Positions 8,909 through 16,920 of a stretch of 35,427 nucleotides of DNA are shown piece after piece. The position numbers were made by a program, and so were the translations under genes. The notes beneath the pieces were generated by a model, which made no database searches, was not told where the DNA came from, and worked only from the letters and a program-made list of their open reading frames with translations. The DNA lies in the IMG/VR virus record IMGVR_UViG_3300020042_010264, positions 1-35,427 of that record. One strand, 5' to 3'. This stretch comes from a virus. Its lineage: Duplodnaviria; Caudoviricetes. Positions within the stretch are counted from its first letter, which is position 1, and each line of letters starts with the position of its first letter.

Positions 8909-9412
8909 ATGACACAAACAGCATTAGATTTAGTAATAGAGCAACTTAAAGAACAAATAAGAAAATCTGCTCACAACACGATAGGAACTACTAATAGAAC
9001 TGGAGATTATCGAATTGGATTAATTAAAGCAATATTTCTTTGTAAACAAGCCAAAGAAATGGAGAAGCAACAAGTAATTAATTCTTTTGTAGAATGTTGG
9101 AAAGAAAATATGCCTGATGGATATGAATGTATATTATCAGCAGAACAACACTACAACGAAACCTTTAAAAAAGATCAAGCCAAAGAAATGGAAAAAGATA
9201 CTGTAAAAGCAAAAGAAGAAACACTAGCAGCTGAAATAAGTTTAAGAATTGATGGAGTATTAACACGATTCATTCACGAAGATGAATACAAGTCCATGAT
9301 AGATGCTTATGAAAAAGAAGTAAAGGAATTACATGATAGAGTCAGGAATCAATCTAAAATAATAAAGGACTCAATGGATGTATTAGGTAAAATCAATAGC
9401 TTAATAAAATAA
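8909..9412 (+). CDS. hypothetical protein with duplicated QAKEMEK motif
   Basis: 167 aa; the 17-bp direct repeat CAAGCCAAAGAAATGGA occurs at 9047-9063 and 9176-9192. Confidence 0.7.
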   Translation: MTQTALDLVIEQLKEQIRKSAHNTIGTTNRTGDYRIGLIKAIFLCKQAKEMEKQQVINSFVECWKENMPDGYECILSAEQHYNETFKKDQAKEMEKDTVKAKEETLAAEISLRIDGVLTRFIHEDEYKSMIDAYEKEVKELHDRVRNQSKIIKDSMDVLGKINSLIK

Positions 9413-9413
9413 G

Positions 9414-9614
9414 ATGACACCAAAGGAAAAAGCACTTCAATTGTATAATAAAATGGTTGTTGATTTTGATATTGATCATTGGCAAATAAAACAATGTGCA
9501 TTAATAGCAGTTGGTGAGATAATATCACATATAGAACCATCGTTATCTATGGATGTAATTTCAGCAAGATTTGATTATTGGAATGAAGTTAAACAAGAAA
9601 TAGAAAAATTATGA
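9414..9614 (+). CDS. small hypothetical phage protein
   Basis: 66 aa, MTPKEKA...YWNEVKQEIEKL, tightly packed with its neighbours. Confidence 0.7.
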   Translation: MTPKEKALQLYNKMVVDFDIDHWQIKQCALIAVGEIISHIEPSLSMDVISARFDYWNEVKQEIEKL

Positions 9615-10291
9615 TGAAAATTTGGCATATAAGCGATACACACACCTACCACGACTTACTACAAGTTCCTGAAGGAATAGATATGATAATACACTCAGGT
9701 GATTGTAGCAATCCTAGAGACCCATACGCTAATGAATCCGAAGTGAGATGTTTCTTAACTTGGTTTCATTCATTAAACATCAAGTATAAAATTTATGTTG
9801 CTGGTAATCATGATTCAAGTATTGAGAAAGGATTAGTTGATAAGCAAACCTTTACTGATTTAGGTATTATATATCTTGAGAATGACTACACAATAATTGA
9901 AGGTATAAAAATATGGGGTTCGCCATATACACCTACTTTTGGTCATTGGTGTTTTATGAAAGCAAGAGATAAGATTAGTAGAGTGTGGGAGCACATTCCT
10001 GACGATACTGATGTTATTATAGCACACGGACCGCCTAAAGGAATACTTGACTTTTCATATAGTAGAGAGGGTGTGTTTGAAAGATGTGGTTGTAGTGCTT
10101 TGATGAAGAAAGTACTTAAGGTACAACCTGCATTGTGTTTATTTGGTCACATTCACAACTGTGAAGACATTATAAACGCAGGTACTGTGAAACTGTCAAG
10201 CTACAAGACTATTTTTAGTAATGGAAGTGTGGTTACTGATGGAAAGTTTGGTAGATTGAGTAGTAATGGAAACATTTTAAAAATAAAATAA
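9611..10291 (+). CDS. calcineurin-like metallophosphoesterase
   Basis: Motifs SDTH, HSGD, AGNHD, AHGPP, FGHIH. Confidence 0.92.
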   Translation: MMKIWHISDTHTYHDLLQVPEGIDMIIHSGDCSNPRDPYANESEVRCFLTWFHSLNIKYKIYVAGNHDSSIEKGLVDKQTFTDLGIIYLENDYTIIEGIKIWGSPYTPTFGHWCFMKARDKISRVWEHIPDDTDVIIAHGPPKGILDFSYSREGVFERCGCSALMKKVLKVQPALCLFGHIHNCEDIINAGTVKLSSYKTIFSNGSVVTDGKFGRLSSNGNILKIK

Positions 10292-10292
10292 T

Positions 10293-10376
10293 ATGAAAAT
10301 ACTAGTAGTAATAATTGCATGGGAATTAAGTAAATGGATTGTGAATAAAATTTTTAATAAATACTTCAATGACTAA
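10293..10376 (+). CDS. 27-aa hydrophobic peptide (not in ORF track)
   Basis: MKILVVIIAWELSKWIVNKIFNKYFND*; fills the gap between two genes and overlaps the next start. Confidence 0.5.
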   Translation: MKILVVIIAWELSKWIVNKIFNKYFND

Positions 10377-10638
10377 AGGAATAATTAAAAAAACAAAAGC
10401 AGGTTGGATAGTAATCTATGATGAGATTCTTGGAGAAAACATTGTAAAGAAAAATCAAAACTCATTACCACTACACCCAGAAGATGTAGAGAATTTTTCA
10501 TTATTGTCTGAGATGTTTGATACTTTTGAAGCTAGGATTAAAGCTGACCCTAAAGTAGAATTTGAGATTGTTGATTACTTTGATAATAACGGACCTGAAC
10601 ATTTTAAAAAATTTGCTAAACTAATACATAACATATAA
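10369..10638 (+). CDS. hypothetical phage protein
   Basis: 89 aa, LPLHPED...VEFEIV...AKLI. Confidence 0.7.
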   Translation: MTKGIIKKTKAGWIVIYDEILGENIVKKNQNSLPLHPEDVENFSLLSEMFDTFEARIKADPKVEFEIVDYFDNNGPEHFKKFAKLIHNI

Positions 10639-10642
10639 AATT

Positions 10643-11173
10643 ATGATTTATTATTATTCGAAACAAGAATTAACAATGAAAAAAGTGTCTATGTTAAACT
10701 ACGTAGGGGCATTATTAATTATATTATTTGTTGGTAGTTCACTAGGATTCAGTGGAGCTATTAAAATAAACGACTTCATAGAAAAGGTACCAGTTATTAT
10801 TCGACCTAATCAGAATGCTTTAACCGAAAGCAGCTTAAGAAACGAAATTAAAAAGCTGAATTTAAAGTATGAAGACGTTATTGTAGCCCAATACAAGATT
10901 GAATCAGGTGAAGGTACATCTAACATATACAAACAAAACCACAACTTTTTAGGGCTAAAAGAAGCAAAACTAAGACCAACTACTGCTTTAGGAACTAACC
11001 TTGGTCACGCTTATTATGACAAGTGGGAATCGTGTTTAATTGACTATAGTTTGTGGCAATTATCCAACACTAGAGGAATTAATTCACAAGAAGAATATGT
11101 TCAGTTGTTGGGTTCAATGTATGCTGAAGACAATTCGTACATGGATAAAATTAATAAAATATTAAAAAAATAA
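10643..11173 (+). CDS. membrane-anchored GH73-like glucosaminidase (peptidoglycan hydrolase)
   Basis: N-terminal TM; VAQYKIESG (catalytic E), NHNFLGLK, YAEDNSY. Confidence 0.8.
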   Translation: MIYYYSKQELTMKKVSMLNYVGALLIILFVGSSLGFSGAIKINDFIEKVPVIIRPNQNALTESSLRNEIKKLNLKYEDVIVAQYKIESGEGTSNIYKQNHNFLGLKEAKLRPTTALGTNLGHAYYDKWESCLIDYSLWQLSNTRGINSQEEYVQLLGSMYAEDNSYMDKINKILKK

Positions 11174-11177
11174 AATT

Positions 11178-11699
11178 ATGATAAAAGAAACACTAATATA
11201 TCAAGGCGACTCTAAGTGGTCGAGAAACGCATACATAAAGTTTGTAGGTGATAAAATTGTATTTGATTGTTCTGATGGAGAGTATGGACCAATTGAATTT
11301 GATATTCAAGCGTTTTATGAGGCAGAGCTAAAACATGCTCATGATATTCCAAATGAAGTGGATGATTTAGAGGGGGAGGCTGAAATGAGTGGGGTTGAAG
11401 AGGAATGGGAGACCATATATCCCACTGATAAAGAAGATGCTTGCGATTGGACACTAGTTCGTGAGAAAGATGGTTTAACTAAACAATCTAAGAATATAAA
11501 GTGGATTGAATGGGATGAAAGGGGATTATTCGAGGCAGATCACGAAGTTATAGGTATTGGTCGTTCATTAATCATGTCACCATTTAACCAGTACTTTACT
11601 TGGCAAACCTCAGTTATAACTGAGATTTTGGAGGAAAAGGAACATTACATTAAGTTTAAAACACTCAATAGCACTTATGAACTTTTTAAATTAGTATAA
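11178..11699 (+). CDS. hypothetical protein (two domains joined by an acidic linker)
   Basis: 173-aa ORF in the operon. Confidence 0.7.
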   Translation: MIKETLIYQGDSKWSRNAYIKFVGDKIVFDCSDGEYGPIEFDIQAFYEAELKHAHDIPNEVDDLEGEAEMSGVEEEWETIYPTDKEDACDWTLVREKDGLTKQSKNIKWIEWDERGLFEADHEVIGIGRSLIMSPFNQYFTWQTSVITEILEEKEHYIKFKTLNSTYELFKLV

Positions 11700-11837
11700 A
11701 TGAATAATAAACTAGATAAACGAAACATAATACAAATAGACTTAAGCAGCTGCAAAAATTGGAGTGAATGTATGAAAGTAATTGAACTAATAACATCAGG
11801 TAGAGTTAAAATCAAAGTAAATGAACAACATAGATAA
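11700..11837 (+). CDS. 45-aa peptide whose start resembles the ThyA start (not in ORF track)
   Basis: MNNKLDKRNIIQIDLSSCKNWSECMKVIELITSGRVKIKVNEQHR*; ATG immediately after the previous stop, overlapping the thyA start. Confidence 0.5.
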   Translation: MNNKLDKRNIIQIDLSSCKNWSECMKVIELITSGRVKIKVNEQHR

Positions 11838-13179
11838 ACAATACACAAACCTACTTCAAGACATCTTAGATAATGGAGTAAAGAAACAAACCAGAAATGG
11901 AGAAGTGCTATCAGTATTCGGTAGACAAATACGTCACGATATGAAAGATGGTTTTCCATTACTTACAACCAAGAAGATGGCTTGGAAGTCAATCGTAACT
12001 GAGTTGATGTGGTTTCTAAGAGGTGATACTAATATTAAATTCCTTGTTGATAACAATTGTCATATTTGGGATGGGGACTGCTACGCTAACTATCTTAAAA
12101 AGTATGAACAAGATAAAACTCCTGGTATCGTTTACTATACTGACCCATTACAGTACAGAACTCACTCACAAGAAGAATTCATTAACAAAATCAAAACAGA
12201 TGATGAGTTTGCTAAGAAGTGGGGTGAATTAGGTCCAATTTATGGTAAGCAATGGAGAAGTTGGTATACAAGAGAGTTAATGTTTAGAAGTGATGTTGTT
12301 GGTGAACCACAATCACTACCTGAATTTTTTGAAGTTAAAGTACCAATTGACCAAATCGCAAACCTAATCAACGACCTTAAAACAAATCCAGACTCAAGAC
12401 GATTAATGGTTAATGCTTGGAATGTTGGAGAATTAGACCAATGCGTGCTTCCACCTTGTCATTATGGATTTCAAGTTTATACAAGAGAGTTGAGTTGGGA
12501 GGAAAGATATGAATATATGTATAACACAAATGTTAGAGCAGATGATGGACTTAGACCACCACTAACTCCTGAAATGTTAGAAGAGTATAACATCCCTAAA
12601 CGAGCAATCTCATTAATGTGGAATCAACGAAGCGTGGATACATTCTTAGGTTTACCATTCAACATTGCATCTTATGGATTACTATTAGAAATTATTGCAA
12701 AAGCAGTTAATATGGTTCCAGATGAGCTTATTGGTAATTTAGGTGATGTGCATTTATATTCAAATCATGTTGAACAAGCTAAAGAACAAATTGGTAGAGA
12801 ATTGAGTTTGGAAGAAAGATTATTATTGGCAGATAAAATCAATAAAGAAATTAGACAAGACTTATATACATACTCTTTTAATAACCCAATTTATACTGGT
12901 GGCATAGACCAAAGACCTGATGATGTAGAAAGACATGATTTATTAAGTGACTTAAATATTCCAAAAAGAACAAGAGAACCATTTCCGCTACCAACTCTAA
13001 ACATCAATACAGAGTTTTGGCCTTATGAAGGTGGTGAGTGTGGTGAAGGACCTTTAGATGCAGCGGCTATTTTTGAATCATTTAAAAATGATGACTTTTG
13101 TAGATGCTTATTAGAAGAAGACATACAATTAGGTGATTATCAATCACATCCAACAATTAAAGCACCACTATCAAATTAA
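11821..13179 (+). CDS. thyA: thymidylate synthase with large insertions
   Basis: FPLLTTKK, ELMWFLRG, LGPIYGKQWR, SRRLMVNAWN, catalytic LPPCH, QRSVDTFLGLPFN (Asn indicates dUMP specificity), GDVHLY. Confidence 0.96.
   Translation: MNNIDKQYTNLLQDILDNGVKKQTRNGEVLSVFGRQIRHDMKDGFPLLTTKKMAWKSIVTELMWFLRGDTNIKFLVDNNCHIWDGDCYANYLKKYEQDKTPGIVYYTDPLQYRTHSQEEFINKIKTDDEFAKKWGELGPIYGKQWRSWYTRELMFRSDVVGEPQSLPEFFEVKVPIDQIANLINDLKTNPDSRRLMVNAWNVGELDQCVLPPCHYGFQVYTRELSWEERYEYMYNTNVRADDGLRPPLTPEMLEEYNIPKRAISLMWNQRSVDTFLGLPFNIASYGLLLEIIAKAVNMVPDELIGNLGDVHLYSNHVEQAKEQIGRELSLEERLLLADKINKEIRQDLYTYSFNNPIYTGGIDQRPDDVERHDLLSDLNIPKRTREPFPLPTLNINTEFWPYEGGECGEGPLDAAAIFESFKNDDFCRCLLEEDIQLGDYQSHPTIKAPLSN
13094..13179 (+). 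repeat. thyA 3'-end repeat R1 (in the functional gene)
   Basis: 86 bp, 79/86 identical to 13539-13624 by manual alignment. Confidence 0.95.
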
Positions 13180-13191
13180 AAAATATAAATT

Positions 13192-13536
13192 ATGGAAAAC
13201 AAAAAATGGACAAGAGAAGAAGCAGAACAAAACAAAAACAAACTTCTTCAAGAACTACAACAAGAACCTTTTAACACATCAGGTGAAAATTTGGATTGGG
13301 TCACAAAAGAACTTAATCAACTGATTGATGAGGAGGAAGTGAGACAGGAGAGTAACAATGTTCCAAAAAAACTTATCAATTTTATTGATGAATTGATTGG
13401 AGAACAAAGCAGTGGTGAATATCAAATATCTCCATTAGTTATAGACCCTATAACAAATGAAAAGCACCATACTGTAATTGAAATAAACAATGGAATTAAA
13501 GTTATTAAATATAAAATTAAAATAGAATCTTTATGA
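13192..13536 (+). CDS. hypothetical acidic protein (cassette 1 cargo)
   Basis: 114-aa ORF between repeats R1 and R2. Confidence 0.7.
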   Translation: MENKKWTREEAEQNKNKLLQELQQEPFNTSGENLDWVTKELNQLIDEEEVRQESNNVPKKLINFIDELIGEQSSGEYQISPLVIDPITNEKHHTVIEINNGIKVIKYKIKIESL

Positions 13537-13538
13537 CA

Positions 13539-13643
13539 ACTTTTGTAGATGCTTATTAGTAGAAGACATACAATTAGGTGATTATCAATCACACCCAAGC
13601 ATTAAAGCACCTTTATCAAATTAGTACATATTTATTAGTATGA
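13539..13643 (+). repeat. thyA 3'-end repeat R2 plus TATTTAT motif and next start codon
   Basis: Encodes FCRCLLVEDIQLGDYQSHPSIKAPLSN*. 13601-13643 is identical to 14238-14280 (43 bp). Confidence 0.95.
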
Positions 13644-14242
13644 TAAAATTAGTTGATTTATTAAGAGAAGTTGACTCTTTTGAAAAAAAGTTAAAACAAT
13701 ATTTAGACACTGATGTTCATTCTAGTGGTAACATACCATTATCTTCTGTATTTGGTGAACATGATATTGATATGTTAATTAAGTTTAATCCTGATAAGTT
13801 TAAGATCCCTGCAAAGTACACCCCAGCCAATATGTACTTTTGGAGAGGTTTTGCCCTACCTATAGAAAAAATCAACAAACTAGGACCGTTTAGAGATAAG
13901 GAATCACTTAAAGGAAGTGAGTATTTAGTTTCATATGACAAAAACTTTACTAATAATAGTATACAATCCTTCACTGCTTTTGAAAAAACAGCAATAGGAT
14001 TTTCAGAATACTCAAGTGGATATGTTGATGAAGATTATTTTGACCCTAAAACAGATGAAATACCAGTACTGTTAGGGGTTGAGTATTCAAAATATAAAGA
14101 TGACTTTTTTGGAAATCCAGAGTATTTTGCAAAAATAGGGAAACATGGTAACGAAGGAGAAGTCTTTTTTAAAGGTAGTGGATATAAAGCAGATGTATTT
14201 ATTCCTTCATATATTGAAAAGTATCTCACATCCAACAATTAA
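13640..14242 (+). CDS. putative R-S-E clade ADP-ribosyltransferase (Alt/Mod-like) with MIKLxxLLRE leader
   Basis: YFWRG (R69), QSFT...A..F (S110) and NEGEV (E172/E174) in canonical order. Confidence 0.65.
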   Translation: MIKLVDLLREVDSFEKKLKQYLDTDVHSSGNIPLSSVFGEHDIDMLIKFNPDKFKIPAKYTPANMYFWRGFALPIEKINKLGPFRDKESLKGSEYLVSYDKNFTNNSIQSFTAFEKTAIGFSEYSSGYVDEDYFDPKTDEIPVLLGVEYSKYKDDFFGNPEYFAKIGKHGNEGEVFFKGSGYKADVFIPSYIEKYLTSNN

Positions 14243-14280
14243 AGCACCTTTATCAAATTAGTACATATTTATTAGTATGA
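14226..14280 (+). repeat. thyA 3'-end repeat R3 plus TATTTAT motif
   Basis: 14226-14248 is identical to 13144-13166 (R1); 14238-14280 is identical to R2. Confidence 0.95.
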
Positions 14281-14837
14281 GATTAGATCATATTGCCTAT
14301 CGAGTTAAGGATAGATTTAAAACAGCACAATTTTTTATAAAAGCATTTAATTATCGGATTGCTGAAGACTTACCAGAAGGATTTGATATACAATTTGAAG
14401 ACGGAACGTATGCTAAATGTTTAGTATTATTACCGCCAGAACAACTTAACAATACACCCTGGACTTCTGATGTTTATTTTGGTAATGAATTTGCTCACTA
14501 TCACATGGCCCCTGAGATTTTCATATCAGATGGTTCTCAAGGATCTATTGTTAAAAAGTGGGTTGAAGAAAGAGGTGGTGTCGGTGGTATTCATCATTTA
14601 GCATACCAAGTTGATTCGGTTGAAAACAAAATGAATGAACTTATAGAATTAGGTTATGTTGAATTTACAACGGATAAACCATTAAAATGTCCAGGATTAG
14701 TGCAAATATTTACTAAACCATCTGAATTAACTGGAATAATATATGAGTTTATAACAAGAGAAAAAGAAGGATTTTGTAAAGAAAATGTAAAAGATTTAAT
14801 GAATTCAACTAAAGATGTGAGTATACTCTCAAATTAA
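14277..14837 (+). CDS. VOC-family metalloenzyme resembling the catalytic C-terminal domain of 4-hydroxyphenylpyruvate dioxygenase
   Basis: LDHIA (H5), GIHHLA (H107), LVQIFTKP, IYEFITR (E157), GFCKENVKDL. Confidence 0.75.
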   Translation: MRLDHIAYRVKDRFKTAQFFIKAFNYRIAEDLPEGFDIQFEDGTYAKCLVLLPPEQLNNTPWTSDVYFGNEFAHYHMAPEIFISDGSQGSIVKKWVEERGGVGGIHHLAYQVDSVENKMNELIELGYVEFTTDKPLKCPGLVQIFTKPSELTGIIYEFITREKEGFCKENVKDLMNSTKDVSILSN

Positions 14838-14854
14838 TTATATTTATAATAAAA

Positions 14855-15100
14855 ATGAAATTAATTAACTGGTTAGGTAACATAGTAAGAGACGAAAAAG
14901 GTAACCCATCATCTAAAAGAATTGTAGGTATTATGTGTGCTATTACCTTATGTGTAACAATGTATCACAATAGTTTTTCACCAACAGAAACTGCTCCTTC
15001 TACTGCCTTAGTAGACGCTGTAGCATTGTTAGCTTTTGGTTGTTTAGGATTGTCTTCTGTAGATAAGTTTACTAATAAGAAATCAAAAGACGAGCAGTAA
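14855..15100 (+). CDS. two-TM holin-like membrane protein
   Basis: SSKR followed by two hydrophobic helices and a charged tail; TATTTAT motif at 14841-14847. Confidence 0.6.
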   Translation: MKLINWLGNIVRDEKGNPSSKRIVGIMCAITLCVTMYHNSFSPTETAPSTALVDAVALLAFGCLGLSSVDKFTNKKSKDEQ

Positions 15101-15484
15101 TTACACGGATTTTATGTAGTAGTCATCAGTGTTGGGTATTGGCTTAAAGCCTAGTTTCTCAGTCCAAAACCTTTTTGAATCAGGTGCTGACATAAGCACT
15201 ATAGTCTTAATGTTTAACAGCTTATATAGGTCTTTTACAGCATCCTCACCATAACCCTTATTTTTTACATCCATATATATCGATATCAAATCAATAGTAT
15301 CCTTATCAATTTGCTGATAATCAATCTCACCTACTCGTTCATTTTGCTTGTTATATATTAAAATAAACTTGTGCGGACTATTGGTGTATTTGCTTTTATA
15401 AGCTTTCTTTAATTTTTCTTTTTTGTTGTCTGTGGGCTTAAGCGTAACTAAGCTTTCACGCAATAATGCTAGTAACTTTATCAT
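15101..15484 (-). CDS. GNAT-family acetyltransferase with MIKLxxLLRE leader
   Basis: Motif A ISIYM..KNKGYG and motif B SKRFWTEKLGF. Confidence 0.75.
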   Translation of the reverse strand: MIKLLALLRESLVTLKPTDNKKEKLKKAYKSKYTNSPHKFILIYNKQNERVGEIDYQQIDKDTIDLISIYMDVKNKGYGEDAVKDLYKLLNIKTIVLMSAPDSKRFWTEKLGFKPIPNTDDYYIKSV

Positions 15485-15783
15485 GTTTTTTCTTGTTTTT
15501 GCGTACCAAAATAATAAGAGAATATCATTAAAGTTAGTGTTTTAATCAGGTCAAATAGTTGGTCATTTTGGTGATCAGATAACAATGGCATTCCAAATGC
15601 TATTACTTTATCTACTATAAATACACCAACTAATGCTGCAAATACTAATAATATAAACCTAACAAGAATATCCTTTGTGGAGTTTATAAAAAGTTTATTT
15701 ACATAATATACACCAGTCATTATAAAAGCAATACCAAACATTACAGCAAAAGTAGTTAGCCATGCATTTCCAGTACTAAACAT
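15481..15783 (-). CDS. three-TM membrane protein, holin candidate
   Basis: Three hydrophobic segments, ends IFSYYFGTQKQEKT, immediately downstream of the endolysin. Confidence 0.6.
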   Translation of the reverse strand: MFSTGNAWLTTFAVMFGIAFIMTGVYYVNKLFINSTKDILVRFILLVFAALVGVFIVDKVIAFGMPLLSDHQNDQLFDLIKTLTLMIFSYYFGTQKQEKT

Positions 15784-16382
15784 TATTTAAGTAAGTTATA
15801 ATATTCATTAAAATGTTTGATACGATCTGCTAAGCCAATTACACCACCATTTACTCTCTTAGTTACAGAAGTTACTGTAGCCTCTGTTGCTCCAGCATCA
15901 GCCATTTTATGTAAGCCATTTTTGTGAAAGAACCAAGCTGCAGACATTAGTGGATATTGTGTAGCAACCAAGTCAGGAGTTGCAGTAAGATCCACTCCAA
16001 TAGCTTTTCCAAAGTTAGTATAGTTTTCTTTTCCAGTCAATTGAATGAAACCTCTTCCACAAAATCTATAACCATCACCTGAAGCTTCATCACCATTCAG
16101 CATTCTATTTGCATATACTTTGTTAGCTATTTTTTCAGGTTTTCTTTCATAAGCCAAAGCCAAAGCATCAGTTGGGAAATACTTACCAAAAATACCTCTT
16201 AACCCTTTTGCTCCATAGTTTAAATTTTCTCTTAACACTTTAAACCCACCTGATTCATGACCACATTGAGCTAAAAAGTGAGCTAAACGTAACGGAGTAT
16301 TAATTTCAAATTTGGTTTCAATACTTGGAATTTGAGCTATAACGCTATCCGGAATGTGTCCTTTTAATTTTTCTAAGTTCAT
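15783..16382 (-). CDS. GH19 (chitinase-like) endolysin
   Basis: RLAHFLAQCGHESGGF, FCGRGFIQLTGKENY, SAAWFF, TKRVNGG..GLADR. Confidence 0.93.
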   Translation of the reverse strand: MNLEKLKGHIPDSVIAQIPSIETKFEINTPLRLAHFLAQCGHESGGFKVLRENLNYGAKGLRGIFGKYFPTDALALAYERKPEKIANKVYANRMLNGDEASGDGYRFCGRGFIQLTGKENYTNFGKAIGVDLTATPDLVATQYPLMSAAWFFHKNGLHKMADAGATEATVTSVTKRVNGGVIGLADRIKHFNEYYNLLK

Positions 16383-16388
16383 AGTTTA

Positions 16389-16853
16389 TTATTTATATTT
16401 TTTTACGATAGATGTACAACTATCAAGTGTGTTTTTATATTTAGGTGAATATGTTTCTTTAATAATTTTAGTTTTTTCTTGTGTGGCAGCGACTGAAGCT
16501 ACCCTTGCATCCACTCTAATACTATCATCTACTATATAAGGTCTAATTGCAGGCATTGGTTTGATTACCACTTGCTCTGTTCTCATCATTGTAGCGTTTG
16601 TCATTTCTTCTAATAATGAGGCTACACTAATTAAGTCTTTTTGCTTATTGTTATTTTGTTCTATAAGAGTGTTATTAATACTCATTAACTCAGCTTGATT
16701 TTTAACAAGTGTGTTATATTGATCTGATATGGCTTGACAATTGTCAGTCTTTAAATAAGAAGTAGCTATAGCAACTGATGATGTTAATATAGCTGCTACT
16801 AAAAAGGCAATTAGGCGTTGTTTAGGATTTAGTGATTTTATTATGTCGAACAT
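16389..16853 (-). CDS. N-terminally anchored coiled-coil protein (spanin-like candidate)
   Basis: One TM then a heptad-rich segment; first gene of the lysis cluster, with TATTTAT on the minus strand at 16860-16866. Confidence 0.5.
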   Translation of the reverse strand: MFDIIKSLNPKQRLIAFLVAAILTSSVAIATSYLKTDNCQAISDQYNTLVKNQAELMSINNTLIEQNNNKQKDLISVASLLEEMTNATMMRTEQVVIKPMPAIRPYIVDDSIRVDARVASVAATQEKTKIIKETYSPKYKNTLDSCTSIVKKYK

Positions 16854-16885
16854 ATGTTAATAAATATAACAAAACAAAACAAATC

Positions 16886-16917
16886 GTTGGTTAATTGTGT
16901 TTTTTTTGTTATGTTGT
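16886..16917 (+). promoter_or_regulatory. putative early promoter (GTTG-N20-TATGTTGT)
   Basis: Same -33/-7 spacing as the other promoters; ATG at 16921. Confidence 0.45.
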
Positions 16918-16920
16918 GGT

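Noticed and set aside
11821-13179. Intein, intron or dCMP hydroxymethylase interpretation of the long thyA
   Set aside because: The frame is continuous, the inserts are short and lack intein C...HN ends or homing-endonuclease motifs, and the PFN asparagine indicates dUMP specificity.
13094-14280. CRISPR array interpretation of the repeats
   Set aside because: The repeats are unequal thyA-derived copies separated by whole genes, not by 30-40-bp spacers; no cas genes are present.
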